64,000 bases of DNA from Adineta vaga (GCA_021613535.1 CP075493.1:12276001-12340000); one strand, 5' to 3'. Positions 1 through 13,014 are shown, numbered from the stretch's first letter. Numbers and translations: made by a program. The notes: generated by a model not told the origin, from the letters alone.

Positions 1-1
1 T

Positions 2-943
2 GTTGCCTTTGCTACCGGTCAACCTCTCAATCATCTCGTCGGATTATTTACAGCTGGTATTCGAGCTAGTAGTGAATGCACTACGAAAGACATTTATTCA
101 CAATTGATGGACGGTAATCGAGCATTGGATCTTCGTGTATTCATATTTGAGAACGATATTTATATAGCACACGCACTACAAGGACCTTCCCTAGTTAATG
201 TTCTAACACAGATTTGGAAGTTTTTGCAAGGAACAAATGGTGAAATTGTATTTATAACCATGGGACATCCGTATGGATTCAATCAAACCTATATCGATCG
301 ACTTGCTTTCCTTCTGGAACCATTTCTTATCAGCAGAATTGCTATCACACCGGCTAGCTATCCAGGAGATCTATTGAGTTATACGTATGCACAACTCGTT
401 ACGAATCGTTCTTCACGTGCTATTTTCGTAATTGATAATAGCATCAATCCTGATGCCAATTCTTTCTTTTCCACTTCACTTTATTCACCACCGAATGGAG
501 GTAGTAATAAACTATATGGATTTTATACCAACAGTAATGATATTGCAGTTGTGATCAACAATCAGACTGCTAACTATGCTCGTTCTCGAGAAATTCTAGC
601 ACCAGCAGCTATCTATATGACGCTGACGCCGACATATAATGATGTGGTCAGTATAATCAATACTATCGTAGCAGATTTGCGTCCACTTATGAAATCGCTC
701 GCACTCGCTATCTTTCGAAGAGCATTGATGACCGAAAATATCGATGATCTCAATCTTACCTATACGTCACTTTATGATATCTACGTTCAACAGAATATGA
801 TTGCAAGACGTGCTAATATCGTGGCAAATATTCAGCCGCGAATACCATCTTCAACTAAGAATAGTATTTTTCTCATCTACACAGATTTTTACGAGAACAA
901 TAAAGACATGATCGATTTCGCTATTTCGTTCTCAACCAAATAA
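2..943 (+). CDS. PI-PLC X-domain (PLCXD/bacterial PI-PLC-like) phosphodiesterase, 5' truncated by window edge
   Basis: Frame is open from position 2. It contains TKDIYSQLMDGNRALDLRV...YIAH...FLQGTNGEIVFI, matching the QLxxGxRxxDLR..H..FL....EIV signature, and a C-terminal IYTDF strand. Confidence 0.7.
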   Translation, partial: VAFATGQPLNHLVGLFTAGIRASSECTTKDIYSQLMDGNRALDLRVFIFENDIYIAHALQGPSLVNVLTQIWKFLQGTNGEIVFITMGHPYGFNQTYIDRLAFLLEPFLISRIAITPASYPGDLLSYTYAQLVTNRSSRAIFVIDNSINPDANSFFSTSLYSPPNGGSNKLYGFYTNSNDIAVVINNQTANYARSREILAPAAIYMTLTPTYNDVVSIINTIVADLRPLMKSLALAIFRRALMTENIDDLNLTYTSLYDIYVQQNMIARRANIVANIQPRIPSSTKNSIFLIYTDFYENNKDMIDFAISFSTK

Positions 944-1665
944 GAATACCCACTTTGACAACGAGTGAAAGATCGAACTTACTATCAGTCATTACTATTT
1001 GGACATATTACTTCAAAAAAAGTTTTTTTTAAGTTCCTTTGAATATAAACTATTATTTTCATTTTGCGCTGACACTCGCTAATCAAACAGCCAAGTATTA
1101 TCAAAATATAGAAAGGCTTCTTTTTCCAACTGAAAAGAAGCCTTTTTATGAAAGAAGTAATGCTTTGTTGGAAACAAATGAATTTCACTTCCTACTACTG
1201 CTGTATATTTATCAATTATTTTTCTTTAGAACAGCAACATGTATTTATTCATAAAAATCAAATCTGTAATCATATTTTAGTATCTATCGACCTATTAGAG
1301 TATGAGATATATCAGTTATCAACAAATACGTCACAAAAAAAAGAAAAATAGTGGAGTATTTATAGTTACATAATTTTATCGAATAATGATCACAAGTTAT
1401 ATAAAGAGAACAAGATATGTACACATTTTCTCTTTCTTTATTCCACTTATTGATCTAATGTTTACTTTATTTTTATCATCAAACGAGAGTGCTTCACATA
1501 CTTACTATCTTTCTCTTTCCTTCTTCATATATTTCAATACCCATTTAAAACACATTACCATTCTATTTCTTTTCTCAATCGTTATCTTCTCACATCGTGT
1601 CAAACGATAGATCGTTTCTGATCCAGTATAACACTATATACACACATAAATTTGAAATTATCATC

Positions 1666-2517
1666 ATGGTTGGTACCATCACTGGCGATATAAATTATCT
1701 TGATTCTACAATAGATGGACGTCCTCCTTGGTCAATACAACTTTCAATACCAACAACAATGCGAACAAATTTTGCACACTCACCTATTTATGTTCCCATT
1801 CATGACTTACGAGGCAAAGAAAATAGTGTTAATCTCGACACAAATGCTCTCGAAATCGTCAATTACAATGGTTCTATACAAAAAGAATTCGGAGATGGTA
1901 GTGAAGAACAAAAGGCGTATTATAAAGAAATTGAAGAATTTCTTAAGAAGCATCTAGGCGCTACCCATGTGATTATCTATCATCATAGTATTCGTTCTCG
2001 TAGTACACCCAAAGTTGATGAAGAATGTGATGATACACATAGAAATCCTGTTTTTTATCCTCATGTTGATCTCGATCCTGCTCAAGCTGACAAATTAATA
2101 AAAACTGAACTTGTCAAACTTGGCAAAGATGTTAATGAAAAGGAAAAAATAAAACGATTTCAAATAATTAATACATGGCGTCCATTAGGATCTTATCCAA
2201 TCATAGATAAACCATTAACTATCTGTGATTACCGCTCAATAAATATCAATAAAGATGTTCATACACTTATAATTCATGGCAAAACTGAAAATACAACAGC
2301 TTATACAATATCTCGTAATACTCAAAATAGCCATTTATGGTATTATTTAAGTCAAATGCGTTCGGATGAAATGTTTATGTTTAAAATTTACGATTCTAAA
2401 CCTGATGTTGCTCAATATGCTTTTCATACTGCTTTTCACAATGGCAATGGATCTTTAGCCAAGGAAGGACAGAAAAGTATAGAAGTTCGTTGTTTGGTCT
2501 TATATTACGATAAGTGA
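1666..2517 (+). CDS. CmcJ/NvfI/AsaB-like 2OG-Fe(II) hydroxylase/desaturase, intronless
   Basis: Motifs PHVD, IINTWRPL, PLTICDYRS, WYYLSQM, HTAF and SIEVR are typical of this fungal/bacterial family. ATG at 1666 is in frame with the ORF track. Confidence 0.85.
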   Translation: MVGTITGDINYLDSTIDGRPPWSIQLSIPTTMRTNFAHSPIYVPIHDLRGKENSVNLDTNALEIVNYNGSIQKEFGDGSEEQKAYYKEIEEFLKKHLGATHVIIYHHSIRSRSTPKVDEECDDTHRNPVFYPHVDLDPAQADKLIKTELVKLGKDVNEKEKIKRFQIINTWRPLGSYPIIDKPLTICDYRSININKDVHTLIIHGKTENTTAYTISRNTQNSHLWYYLSQMRSDEMFMFKIYDSKPDVAQYAFHTAFHNGNGSLAKEGQKSIEVRCLVLYYDK

Positions 2518-3497
2518 CAATAATAAAAACAAAAGAACATTTTTGAATAAAAAAAAATTATGATTGTATAGATAGAAAAACAATATTAGTGAGCGTAATC
2601 AGTTAATAAATAAAATAATACATAAAATCGATCAAGATTGTAAATACAGTTAATTTATCGTATAGGAGAATAATATATCTTCATTCGCTTTATTTCTATC
2701 ATTTATCACAAAAATTTAATAAAGGAATAAACTTAATTTTAGTTTGAGTTGAAAGATGAAACTAAAATAGTTTAAGAACGTTTTTCCAGAAAATACACCT
2801 TACAAATAGAGACAATTAGATCTATAAGATTCAATCATTTGACTATCATGAATATCAACTTCACCAATCGTTTCTCTATGTTGTACATTGATCTACTTTG
2901 AATTGTTTTATTGAAAGTGAATACAATATTTAGCATATTGAACATACAACTGACAGGGTTTGGTATCGGTTTAGTTTCTTCTCATTAATACAAACATAAA
3001 TCCAGAAATTACGGTTATAGTGACTTTAATAGATCATTGACCATCGGAGAGCTAGATCTCACCTATATGTTTAGTATTTTATTCTATGCAAGCATCCTTG
3101 TTCGAAATTGGATGTAGTTATTTTTAGAAGAAGGGAATGATCTTTCATCAATAAATACGTCATGCGAAAAAAGAAGAGGAGTGTAATAGAGTACAGAAAT
3201 ACTTATAGTTACATTTCATGTCATGTCTTTAGGGCAAGTCGAAAATTGCACTGAAGAAGATACTAAATGATATATCTGTTTTTTCGCCTTTCATCCTCAT
3301 TTTCTGACATTTTTCTGCAATATCAGTTCATTTTATCTTCATTGCTTCGATTTATTACTATCGTTGATTAAGGAGTGTTACACGTGTTTACTCTTATGTT
3401 TCTCGTTCTCTTTTTATACGTTCATAGATACTTCTTCTCAACACAATAGCATCACATTAAGATTCCATTCTTTTCTCAAATCCTATAATATTACAAG

Positions 3498-4105
3498 ATG
3501 GTCGCTGACGTATTCGATACCTACTGCACAAGTGCCTGTAAATATTCTCATTCATGATTTACGAGGCAAAGAAAATAGTGTCAATCTATAGATGCAAATG
3601 CTCTTGAAATTGTTAAATACAATGGTTGTATACAAACAGAATTTGAAAAAGATAGCGAAGAACATAAAACATGTTATAAAGATAGATGAGAGACATTCTC
3701 AAGAAACATTTAGGAGCTTCTCGTGTGATTGTCTGTCATCATTGTTTTCGTTCTCGAGGTACATCACATCCAGAAGAAGAATTATATGATACACATAGAA
3801 ATCCTGAGTTTTATCCTCATACTGATATTGATACTGACGGTACCAAACAATTAGTGAAACGATTACTCGTGGAAAACGGTGGTGATAAAGAGTAGAAGGT
3901 TAATTGAGCATAAATAATGAACGTTTTCCGTCTATTATGTTCCAATCCATCTACAAGTAAGCCATTAGCAATTTGTGATTATCGCTCACTGGACATGGAT
4001 AAAGATGTTCATTCACTCGCAATTTGAGGATATTTGCAATATGAAGAACGTTCTACAGGTCTTATTTTATCTCGTAATGCTAGCGCACCTATATCAAATG
4101 CAGAT
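3498..4105 (+). pseudogene. Degraded tandem paralog of the 1666-2517 oxygenase
   Basis: Shared segments IHDLRGKENSVNL, KKHLGA, DTHRNPxFYPHxD and KPLAICDYRS are split across frames with stops and deletions. Confidence 0.85.
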
Positions 4106-4304
4106 AAAAAAGTGTAGAATTCCGCTGTTTAATCTTATATTACGACGAATAATAATAAACATCTTTGGTACAAATAAAGTCTTAAATTTAGAAAAATGGC
4201 TGAGTCACCAATTATCGACAAAGTATTCTAATCATTTCAGTTAGATTCAAAGTTTGACCAATGATTTGTGTTATTTGATATCAGATAAAAGAATGTTTCT
4301 TGAA

Positions 4305-5261
4305 TTAGCGTGCAATATAAATTGCAGGTATCACTTTTTGACTTTGTCGTCGTATGTAACTTTTCAATTTTTTAACGACCTCTGGTAGACAACCAAGACA
4401 AATAAATGGTAAAAGTAATGTTAATAACCAAAAGAAATAATAGAAATAGTTAATATGCATTTCAATAGACCATTCTGGTAAATTCACGAATAATTGAAGC
4501 ATAACCATAAGAGCAAAAGGAATTTGTAATAATAAATAGATACCTGTGAGAAGGAATAGATTAACAATCATTTTACAATTTTTACGCCACTGTGCAACAG
4601 TTTGTTGTTGTTGAAGACCAATCCGTTTTCGGCAGAATACTCGAATGACCAGTGAAATATCATTTAATATATCTAAGAAAAGAGGACAAAAACTATGTGC
4701 AACAAGATCATATAATGAAATAAGACGATGAGTTGTATAACATGGAAAACCACAAAGTGATTTCGTAAAATCAAATTCATAGGTACATGGATAAATAAAA
4801 ATAGCTATAGTATAGAAGAGAATGAGATAAACAATGATACTTATATATGGTAAATAATGAAAAATGAAACGATACTTGACCGTATTGTAAAGATTTATAT
4901 GAAATATTAATAAATGACGTTCAATTGATATCCAAAGCATTATCATATTAATTGTGCTAAACAGTAAATAATCACACCATTGCCATATTAAACAATTAAT
5001 ATTCGTTTGTGGTATAACTAAACCAACATGTAAATAATGAATAATACGTGGTAATTCAATAAGATTTGTTAATAGAGTAAGGAGAAGTAATACTAAAATA
5101 CCATGATAATGAAGTGTTTGACGAAGAATTCGATTGGTGAGAAGAGAATAGACAAGAATAAAGTTACATATTAATGCGGGTGGTTCAAGAATAACGAAAA
5201 GACCAAATTTAATATTTCGAGTCCATTGAGAGTTTGTCGAATTATTTTCTGAAATATTCAT
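4305..5261 (-). CDS. Rhodopsin-like 7TM GPCR, intronless
   Basis: Seven hydrophobic segments, TM3 Cys and a WISIERH motif. Confidence 0.85.
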   Translation of the reverse strand: MNISENNSTNSQWTRNIKFGLFVILEPPALICNFILVYSLLTNRILRQTLHYHGILVLLLLTLLTNLIELPRIIHYLHVGLVIPQTNINCLIWQWCDYLLFSTINMIMLWISIERHLLIFHINLYNTVKYRFIFHYLPYISIIVYLILFYTIAIFIYPCTYEFDFTKSLCGFPCYTTHRLISLYDLVAHSFCPLFLDILNDISLVIRVFCRKRIGLQQQQTVAQWRKNCKMIVNLFLLTGIYLLLQIPFALMVMLQLFVNLPEWSIEMHINYFYYFFWLLTLLLPFICLGCLPEVVKKLKSYIRRQSQKVIPAIYIAR

Positions 5262-6354
5262 AATATATAGTTGCTTAATATAGTTGAATCGTTTTTCGTA
5301 TATTTTCTAATGCAAAAAAAATCTATTAATGCTTATTGAGAATAAATATGTATCTTTTTATATTTCATGTACTTTGATAAGAAAGAAGTTTGAAGTGAAT
5401 GCGAAGGAAATGAATTGTTCAGCTTTCATTCTCTCAATATCCGTTGATTAGTTGAGATTGAATGGAAGAATGCGTGAGTGGTTCTAAAAGTCTCTAAAAC
5501 TAAACGTTCGTATTTCTGCTTGAATTAATTTAACAGATACTTTTGTGACAAACTTTATAAGATCGGAATTGACATCACTCTATATTCATACCTACAGTTT
5601 AAATGAGAAAAACTATCGATGCGTCTCATGTTTTAATTTTTCTTCGATCGCCTACACAATATTCTTTTTCTAGACACGGATGTGTTTCATCTTAATCTAA
5701 ATCTAACGACTCGAATTCCCGCTCATGAAAAATTAATTTGTGAACGTTTATGCATTTATTTCTGTCATTTTAACTTGATTTTACATGATGATTATTAATA
5801 CAATGATTTCTTACAAATCGTGATGAGCTACATCATGCGAAAGAGAGAGTATATCGTACTTTTCATTCTTTTCGCACATGCGCATTAAGAGTTTAATCTT
5901 TTGCACACAGAACAACATTTTGATAGAGACGAAAAAGAAAAACTATAACATACATATGTTTGCATGCAAGTAAAATTCTTATTTACTCACGCATTTCTTT
6001 GTTGCACACTATAAAAATTAGTACACATAAAAGGTAAAACTTGTTGCTCTGTACGGCTTTTGTAATTTTCTTTTTGTTTCTTTACATAAAATCTAGTACT
6101 AATTTGCACAGAACAATTCAGAGATTAATTTAAAACGTATCGTCCATTTTCTTGCTCAAATAAATCAAGGATCATCGATGAAATTTTCAGTATATCAGAT
6201 ACAATCAATATTGCTGGTGACACTCATCATCATCAAGAATCAGTGTCTTTAGAATCACTAAAATCATTGTATGTTTGACAGTACCGAAATCAAGTATGTC
6301 GCTTAGTATTCAAACCAATCATCAATAATACTGATGTTAAACATCATTCGTATC

Positions 6355-6699
6355 TACGTTATCTTGTTGTTGTTAATTCTGGTAGAGATAATATTCATGT
6401 CTTTCTTGGATATAATAATTCCACTGGAGATTTTTCTAAACCAATTGCAATGTCCTTATGTGATTTTAATCTAAACTATCAAATCGTTATAAATGTAGCA
6501 AATTTCGGTATGAATAATATATGTCTGTATTTGTGAATATGGTAATGGAAGTTTTACTAAATAAACTTAGTATGAATTGGAATTTTAGGCTCAACCGACT
6601 TCAGTTATTTTCGAAGATTTAAACAACCATGGTTGGAAAGATGTTGATATTTCGACTTATGGGACTAATAGTTTTAAAATTCTTTGGATTACTTGTTGA
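6355..6699 (+). pseudogene. FG-GAP/VCBS repeat protein relic
   Basis: Manual translation gives YLVVVNSGRDNIHVFLGY..DFNLN..INVANFGMNNI, then after a frameshift EYGNGSFTK*T*YELEF*AQPTSVIFEDLNNHGWKDVDISTYGTNSFKILW, with several stops. Confidence 0.7.
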
Positions 6700-6824
6700 A
6701 ATATTTCAATTTCGATTGAATTTTCGAAAATAGAAAGTGCGACAAAAATATATTTGAATTGCGAGTTTATTTATTTAAAACTAATCAGAAAAAAGTGTAT
6801 GTTTTCAATAATAGAATATTTTAT

Positions 6825-7595
6825 TCATTTCTTTGGCTCTTTTTCCGGTGGTCGTTGATAATCATCATTTGAAAGTAAATAAATTACAATCAAACAAAAT
6901 AAACTTGTGAATACACCAAAAAAATTCATAATCAAACGTCGGATGCGTTGACTATCATTTGCTGTAAAGAATGATGAAGTCATTCCATGTTCAGATAAAC
7001 CTGTTAAAATTGATACCACTGCTGACATGAAGATTATTTTACCCCAAAGTCGATGACTAAAATACCGAAACTGATTTTATAATGAGAAAAGTAAAAGATA
7101 AAGAAAATATCGAACCTTGGCATATATGCTCGACGAATATCCAAACTCAATTGTGGAACTAAGAAGCAAACGAAACCACAAATCCATTGTAAGATAAATA
7201 AAAACCAATGTTGCTAAACCAAGCCATGAATGAAAGGTCATGAAGTGTGGTCGTTGACCAAGTTGTTTACTTCGAAAGATGGCAGTAAATCCAACAGCAC
7301 CACACGCAAATGAGATTAAAAGAAAAAGTGCATGACAAATTTTTACAATTAACTTTGGTGATTTTCGAAATGTTCGATATAAAAGAATAGCATTTCCATA
7401 GCAAAACATCAAACCAAGAGTCATCATTAATGGATGATAACTAAATGGATTTTTTTGCCAATTATATGTATTGGCAGATACATTTTCATTAAATAAAAAA
7501 CCAACGGCAATAACACTTAATAAACCAAATATTTCACCAAAAAGTAATAGTTTGGGATAATGTGTTTCAGGATTTCTTCCTACTAGAGCATACAT
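6825..7595 (-). CDS. Cytochrome b561 / transmembrane ascorbate-dependent reductase (2 exons, one frameshift)
   Basis: Heme-ligand motifs SYHPLMM, KICHA, HFMTFHSWLG and HRLWG. Intron 7057-7115 (GT-AG). Removing one base from the homopolymer at 7200-7204 restores LFILQWICGFVCFLVP. Confidence 0.85.
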
Positions 7596-8881
7596 ATTCG
7601 GTATCCAGCTAAAAAGCGTATGCCTTCTGCTTTGATGAAATAAATATGTTACACGTCGCATGATAGAAAGAGAAGGAAAGAAAAGAAAAACATTCTTTAC
7701 AAGACCATGTGCTTCTTCTTAACGATACATATGGCATACTAAAATTATTCTTATTCTTTTTCTCTATACGATTATTCGTTGACTGAATGATATTCTTTAA
7801 CATAGACTATTCATCGGAATAAATAAATTAACATACAAATCGTTATGTGGTCAGTAGTCAATGTGTGTGACTCGAAATCAAAGGGTTTTACTGAATAATT
7901 ATGTAGACTATTAAAATCTACAAGTCTATACTGTTGGGTGTTCATCCGATAATCGAAATTAGAATTCACGATGTATATTAGATATCACACAAGTATCTGG
8001 CGTTGTCGAATACATTGCACGGAATGAAATATGACTGCACTGAATATTTTGCAAATTTATGATTTACCTTGAGACCAAAAAGTACTAAACTATTATTAGA
8101 TATTTATGATTTTCCCTTTCTTTCCTTAAATAAACCAAAAATAGTCCCATCAAAGTCTCAAGAAGACGACTTTTTTCGTGAAAGAGGATCCTTTTCTTTA
8201 TGTACGATGAAAAGATTCCACAAATGTGTCACACATTCACTTATCTCAATGATGTGACTCTACCTCTTTCAACTGGAAAACTATTTGCAATCTGATACTG
8301 TTCATTAAGAGAGATTGAAATTTAACTCAATAATATAATACTTTTTATCGACTCTATCGAAACTTTCATCCTGTTTTAGTTGCGCAAATGTATATAGCAG
8401 TGTTATTTATTAGGCAAAAAAGTGACACTACAACACTATATTTTTGTTCGTAAATCCGATAGTGTTTCTCTGTACTACAACAGATGTGGATGTTTATCCG
8501 GCAGTTTCTGTTGAGCTATACCAAAGGGCGTTGACCGTGTTCATACACAACTTGATATTGTTTCATTTCTAGGTACGTTTTCGCCAAATTATGCTGTGTT
8601 TTTACTAAATCAGGGCGAGTTAGAGGAAGAGATTTTTCACAAATTTTCTCTGCTTTCACGTAATGCTAACGCTATTGTATATTGTTTTATCACACGAAAC
8701 ATTTCTTCCATATAACTATATGCCCATGCCGGAGAAGCAGGATCACAAACAACTTTTTCCTGGCTTTCCAGAACTTTTTCTAGGAACGAGTGAGGACTTT
8801 TTGCATTACCAATCCTTAATTAATTCACCGGACAATTTCTTTTATTGTCTATTTTAAATATACTATATATAAAGAATATTT

Positions 8882-10028
8882 TCAACGTATATGACTTGTT
8901 CTTTGATTAATTTGATTATTTCTGACTTGTTTTGTTTGGATATTTAAAGGAATAATCATGCGTTGTCGATTGTGCATCCAAAGAAGATTTTTTAATCTTT
9001 TTCCAATTTTGGGTGTTGCTGCACAACAAATAAAAGGAAAAAAGAAGATTAATTGGATGGAGAAAAATACAAGAAAAACAATTAATGTGATGATTAATGT
9101 CACTGGCGTTCCACTCGCTAAGAGGATTTGTACTATCGATCGAGGCAAATTGAAGGAAAAATAAAGAACTGAAATAAATAATAATTGAACGGTCATTTTT
9201 CGTTGTTGTCGCCATTGCATCAATCGATTCAGACGACGTTTTTGCCATAGAACTCGAAAGAGTAGAGCACTGCTAAAGCTAATAATAATAAATGTCGGTA
9301 GAATTTGATGAGCTATAGTATCCCATTTTCCCCAAAATGATTCAGAGATCATGCATGGAACAGGAACTCCATTGACTGGTTGCATAAAAATGTCATTTGG
9401 ACAATATGGAAAGAAAATGATTAAAAAATAAAAAAGTAAAACAATAGATCAGTATTAATACAATGGGAAGATAATGAATAAACAGGCGTTTATGTCTTGT
9501 TGCAATCCATTGCTGATGAAATATAAGAATATGTCATTCCATTGTTGCCCAAGCAAAACCAAGTAATTGTGTTGCATAGGTTGTGTAATCAATGAATGTC
9601 CAACCCGATAGAAATGAAGCATGAATGGAACCGTTGTTAATTCATAAATCAATCCAGCAAAAAGTAAAACAATAATGATATGATTATTGCGAGCTTGGCG
9701 AAGTGTTCGATCAAACAAAAGTTGATATAGAACGAAAATAGAACATAATATTGAAAGAATATTCAGAATGAGAAAGCATGAATGGAACCGTTGTTAATTC
9801 ATAAATCAATCCAGCAAATAGTAAAACAATAATGATATGATTATTGCGTGCTTGACGAAGTGTTCGATCAAACAAAAGTTGATATAGAACGAAAATAGAA
9901 CATAATATTGAAAGAATATTCAGAATGAGATAATACCAAAATCGAAAAGATATAGGAATAATAGAATTAAATATTTCGAATGGATCAATAATAGATTTAA
10001 TGATAGTTATATTACTTGAATTGGCCAT
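8882..10028 (-). pseudogene. Rhodopsin-like GPCR pseudogene
   Basis: Internal 157-bp tandem duplication (about 9619-9775 / 9776-9930), a deletion before WTFIDY, and an in-frame TGA at 9534-9536 replacing R of ERH. Confidence 0.85.
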
Positions 10029-10828
10029 AACAAGAAATTTTATGAGTAGACTGTTTCAATTTAAACTTATTTTCAAGAAAAAACGAGAAAGAACTAGAAA
10101 ATAATTATCTATCATGAATAAAAATAATGAAAGAGATAGACATGCTCATTTTTTATTAAAATTAGTAACAACAAGAGAACCGTTGATGGCAAGCCTCAAT
10201 TAAAATGAAATACGTTCAAGAAGAATAGTGAGCTGTTAGATGATTAATATATTCACATTCTGATACACGTTGATCGTGAAATAATCAGCTCTAGAACACA
10301 TAACGCGATACTTGAGAAAAAAATTATAAAATGAATGCATCCGTATATTCAGTTTATTACAATATGTTGAAAGAATTGTGTTTCGTACGATTTCTTTTTA
10401 TTCATGAAAATATTCTTGTGATATGTTTCATTTTTCTAATATTCTTCTTCTCATTTTAGTTTTATGTTACTATTTCCGATTGACTGATGTCTATAATGCA
10501 CACAATGAAATAAATCAAAAGTATCTTTGTGTATTGTTCTTTGCCAGCTTGTATTTCGATATGAAGTGTATAATTTTTGAGGGAAGTCAAATATATTTTT
10601 TGTACGTTTCATTTACCATCAATTAATAAAGTATTGATTATATTCTTTTGATCATTGGGATGAGTGAATTATTTGCATATTAAAAATGAAGTATAAAAAC
10701 ATAAAAAAAGGAAAGTACTCAAGATATAATCGTATTGACCTGATAGAGTGTTATAAATAGTCAAAAACTTTCATTATGTCGTATGGAATTCGATTCAAAA
10801 GCAGTTATTTTTCTTACAAAACAAGCCA

Positions 10829-11233
10829 ATGTTAAAATTTGTAACAAAACTTATCGTGTTTCTAATTATTTTCGAAACATTGTGTGCTCATGTAATAAGA
10901 AATCTGTCACGAAAACCAACATTACGTGAAAGTATACTTCATGGAGATGTGCCAATATCATCACTAGGTCTTACTGGCAGAAATAATGCTGGTTGTGATA
11001 TGATAATTGATAGTTGTGGTCAAAACGGTGGTTGCTGTGATGTACATGATAATTGTTATGAAATAAACAAATGTACAGCTTTGAGTTGGATACCTGGTGT
11101 TCAAGGTATGAATTGTTGGGGTTGTAATTGGAATGTGATGAAATGTGTTGCTATGCAAAATCCAGGAATGAGCTCATGTTGTTTGGCTGGCAACTGTGGA
11201 CAAGAGGAAACAGTTTTAGAAGCGGCGGCATAA
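10829..11233 (+). CDS. Secreted Cys-rich phospholipase A2-like protein
   Basis: Hydrophobic N-terminal signal, CCDVHDNCY matching the sPLA2 CCxxHDxCY catalytic motif, and a downstream CxxCxxxxxxC helix. Confidence 0.7.
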   Translation: MLKFVTKLIVFLIIFETLCAHVIRNLSRKPTLRESILHGDVPISSLGLTGRNNAGCDMIIDSCGQNGGCCDVHDNCYEINKCTALSWIPGVQGMNCWGCNWNVMKCVAMQNPGMSSCCLAGNCGQEETVLEAAA

Positions 11234-11824
11234 AACAAATCAAAATGAGACTGACAATTTTCACAATGAATCACAAGATTGATCGCTTATGAATAAAATG
11301 ATATACAGTATATAATAGGACGGATATCAATCGGTCGGTGAAGTGAATAATTAGATTTATCCTTTCACTAAAATCGATGCTTACTGATGTCGCTTGCAAT
11401 TGAATAGTTAATCATTTCATTTAACCGAATGAAAACTATATGGCAAAGATTTAGTCTCATATCTTTTTAGTCATGAAAAAACGGATTGTTTTCGTATTCA
11501 TAGTTAACTGCGAAGATGAAATTCGAAAGTTCTTGTTTATACCTAATGTAACATTCATTCACATCGTTTCTAACGATACGATTTATAAATGTTTTGTAAT
11601 CAAACATGACGATGCAATTTTCGATTCAAATAAAAATATGCTTTGCCATCAAACGACATTCAATCGTCCCTGTCAAATATTTGTTTAAGAATGACAAAGC
11701 AAAAAATAAATGAAATAATGTGCATGTTAGGAATTCTTTTCTTACTATATAAATTTAGTTGTATATGTGAGTGACTTTCATTTCTCTTACTTTAACAATC
11801 TCATAACTACACATACACGTAATC

Positions 11825-12442
11825 ATGGCATCATACAAACTTTACTATTTTAATGCTCGTGGTCGTGCTGAAGTTTCTCGTTTACTTTTTGCTGCTGCTG
11901 GTCAACGATTTGAAGATATTCGTATAGAGCAAAGTACATGGCCAACATTTAAATCACAAACGCCTTTAGGTCAAATGCCTATTCTAGAATTTAATGGGAC
12001 ACAATTAGTTCAATCCTTAACAATTGCACGTTTTCTTGCTAGACAATTTCGATTAGGTGGTAAAGATGGTTTCGAATTAGCTAAAGTCGAAGCGGTCGTT
12101 GATACGGTGAATGATTTAGTATCAGGAATTGGACCACTTCGGCGCGAACCAGATGAAAGAAAAAAACATGATATGTTACAGAAATTCTTTGCAGAAGATT
12201 TATCAAAACATTTACAAAATCTAGAAATTTTAGGTCGGTTATATGGTTATGGTGGTGCATATTTTGTTGGGAATAGTTTGTCATTAGCAGATTTAGCATT
12301 CTATGATGCTAGTCAAACACTACTTGAATTGGATAGAAATTGTTTAAATAACCATCCATGGTTAAAACAAAACCGTCTTGAAGTTGAAAGACATCCAAGA
12401 ATTGCAGAATATCTTAGAAATCGACCTCCTACAGCATTTTAA
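11825..12442 (+). CDS. gst: Glutathione S-transferase, sigma class
   Basis: [43 protein letters not shown] and a C-terminal RPPTAF; 205 aa. Confidence 0.95.
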   Translation: MASYKLYYFNARGRAEVSRLLFAAAGQRFEDIRIEQSTWPTFKSQTPLGQMPILEFNGTQLVQSLTIARFLARQFRLGGKDGFELAKVEAVVDTVNDLVSGIGPLRREPDERKKHDMLQKFFAEDLSKHLQNLEILGRLYGYGGAYFVGNSLSLADLAFYDASQTLLELDRNCLNNHPWLKQNRLEVERHPRIAEYLRNRPPTAF

Positions 12443-12730
12443 AAAATAATGATAGAACTATATATCGAAATACAGTTTTATATATCGAATACGAATTATA
12501 CGTGAGTGTGTTAAGAAATAAAATACTTTCGTGCCGTTCTATTGTATAAACCTCTATCATGTAGTAAAGATTTGTCCTTCGTCAAAATGCTTTCTAAATA
12601 CTGTTTTCATTCGATTTGAATGGGCTTTGGTAATATATCGATTTGATATTGCAGTTGATATATGTCAAATTTCGAATTCATTTCTTCGAGTTTGTATATT
12701 CCAAATACACAAAATAGAGCTTGTAATATA

Positions 12731-13014
12731 CAGTAAAACCTTTGTTAGTGAACATTGCCTTATTCTGAACACTCTCAAGTCCGACTTAGCGAATTTCGCT
12801 GCAAATGCACCTCTATATTGTGAACACATGTACATATTTTTTCTCGCTCGTCCAATTATCTCTCTCTTATGTATACTTTGTGTTTTTCCAATAAACGCTG
12901 TCAACTATTCATTAAAAATGCCATCATGACTTTCTCAGTAGAATGTGCAACACCTCTCTATAGTGAACACTTTTGAAAAGTCCGAATGGTGTTCATATTA
13001 GAGAGGTTTTACTG
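12731..13014. mobile_element. pogo/Tigger-type (Tc1/mariner superfamily) MITE, 284 bp
   Basis: Termini CAGTAAAACCT...AGGTTTTACTG are flanked by TA on both sides (12729-30, 13015-16). Internal subrepeats ACCTCTmTAkwGTGAACA. Confidence 0.8.

Noticed and set aside
960-1610. Short ORFs and a possible GPCR helix-8 remnant (ELKKTFF) on the minus strand
   Set aside because: Too short and AT-biased to support a call.
2820-3170. Possible decayed GPCR TM5-TM6 fragment on the minus strand
   Set aside because: Only a vague EKRLVKLIFMIV resemblance, with many stops.
12531-12929. 132-aa and 79-aa ORFs
   Set aside because: They overlap the MITE and have no recognisable motifs.
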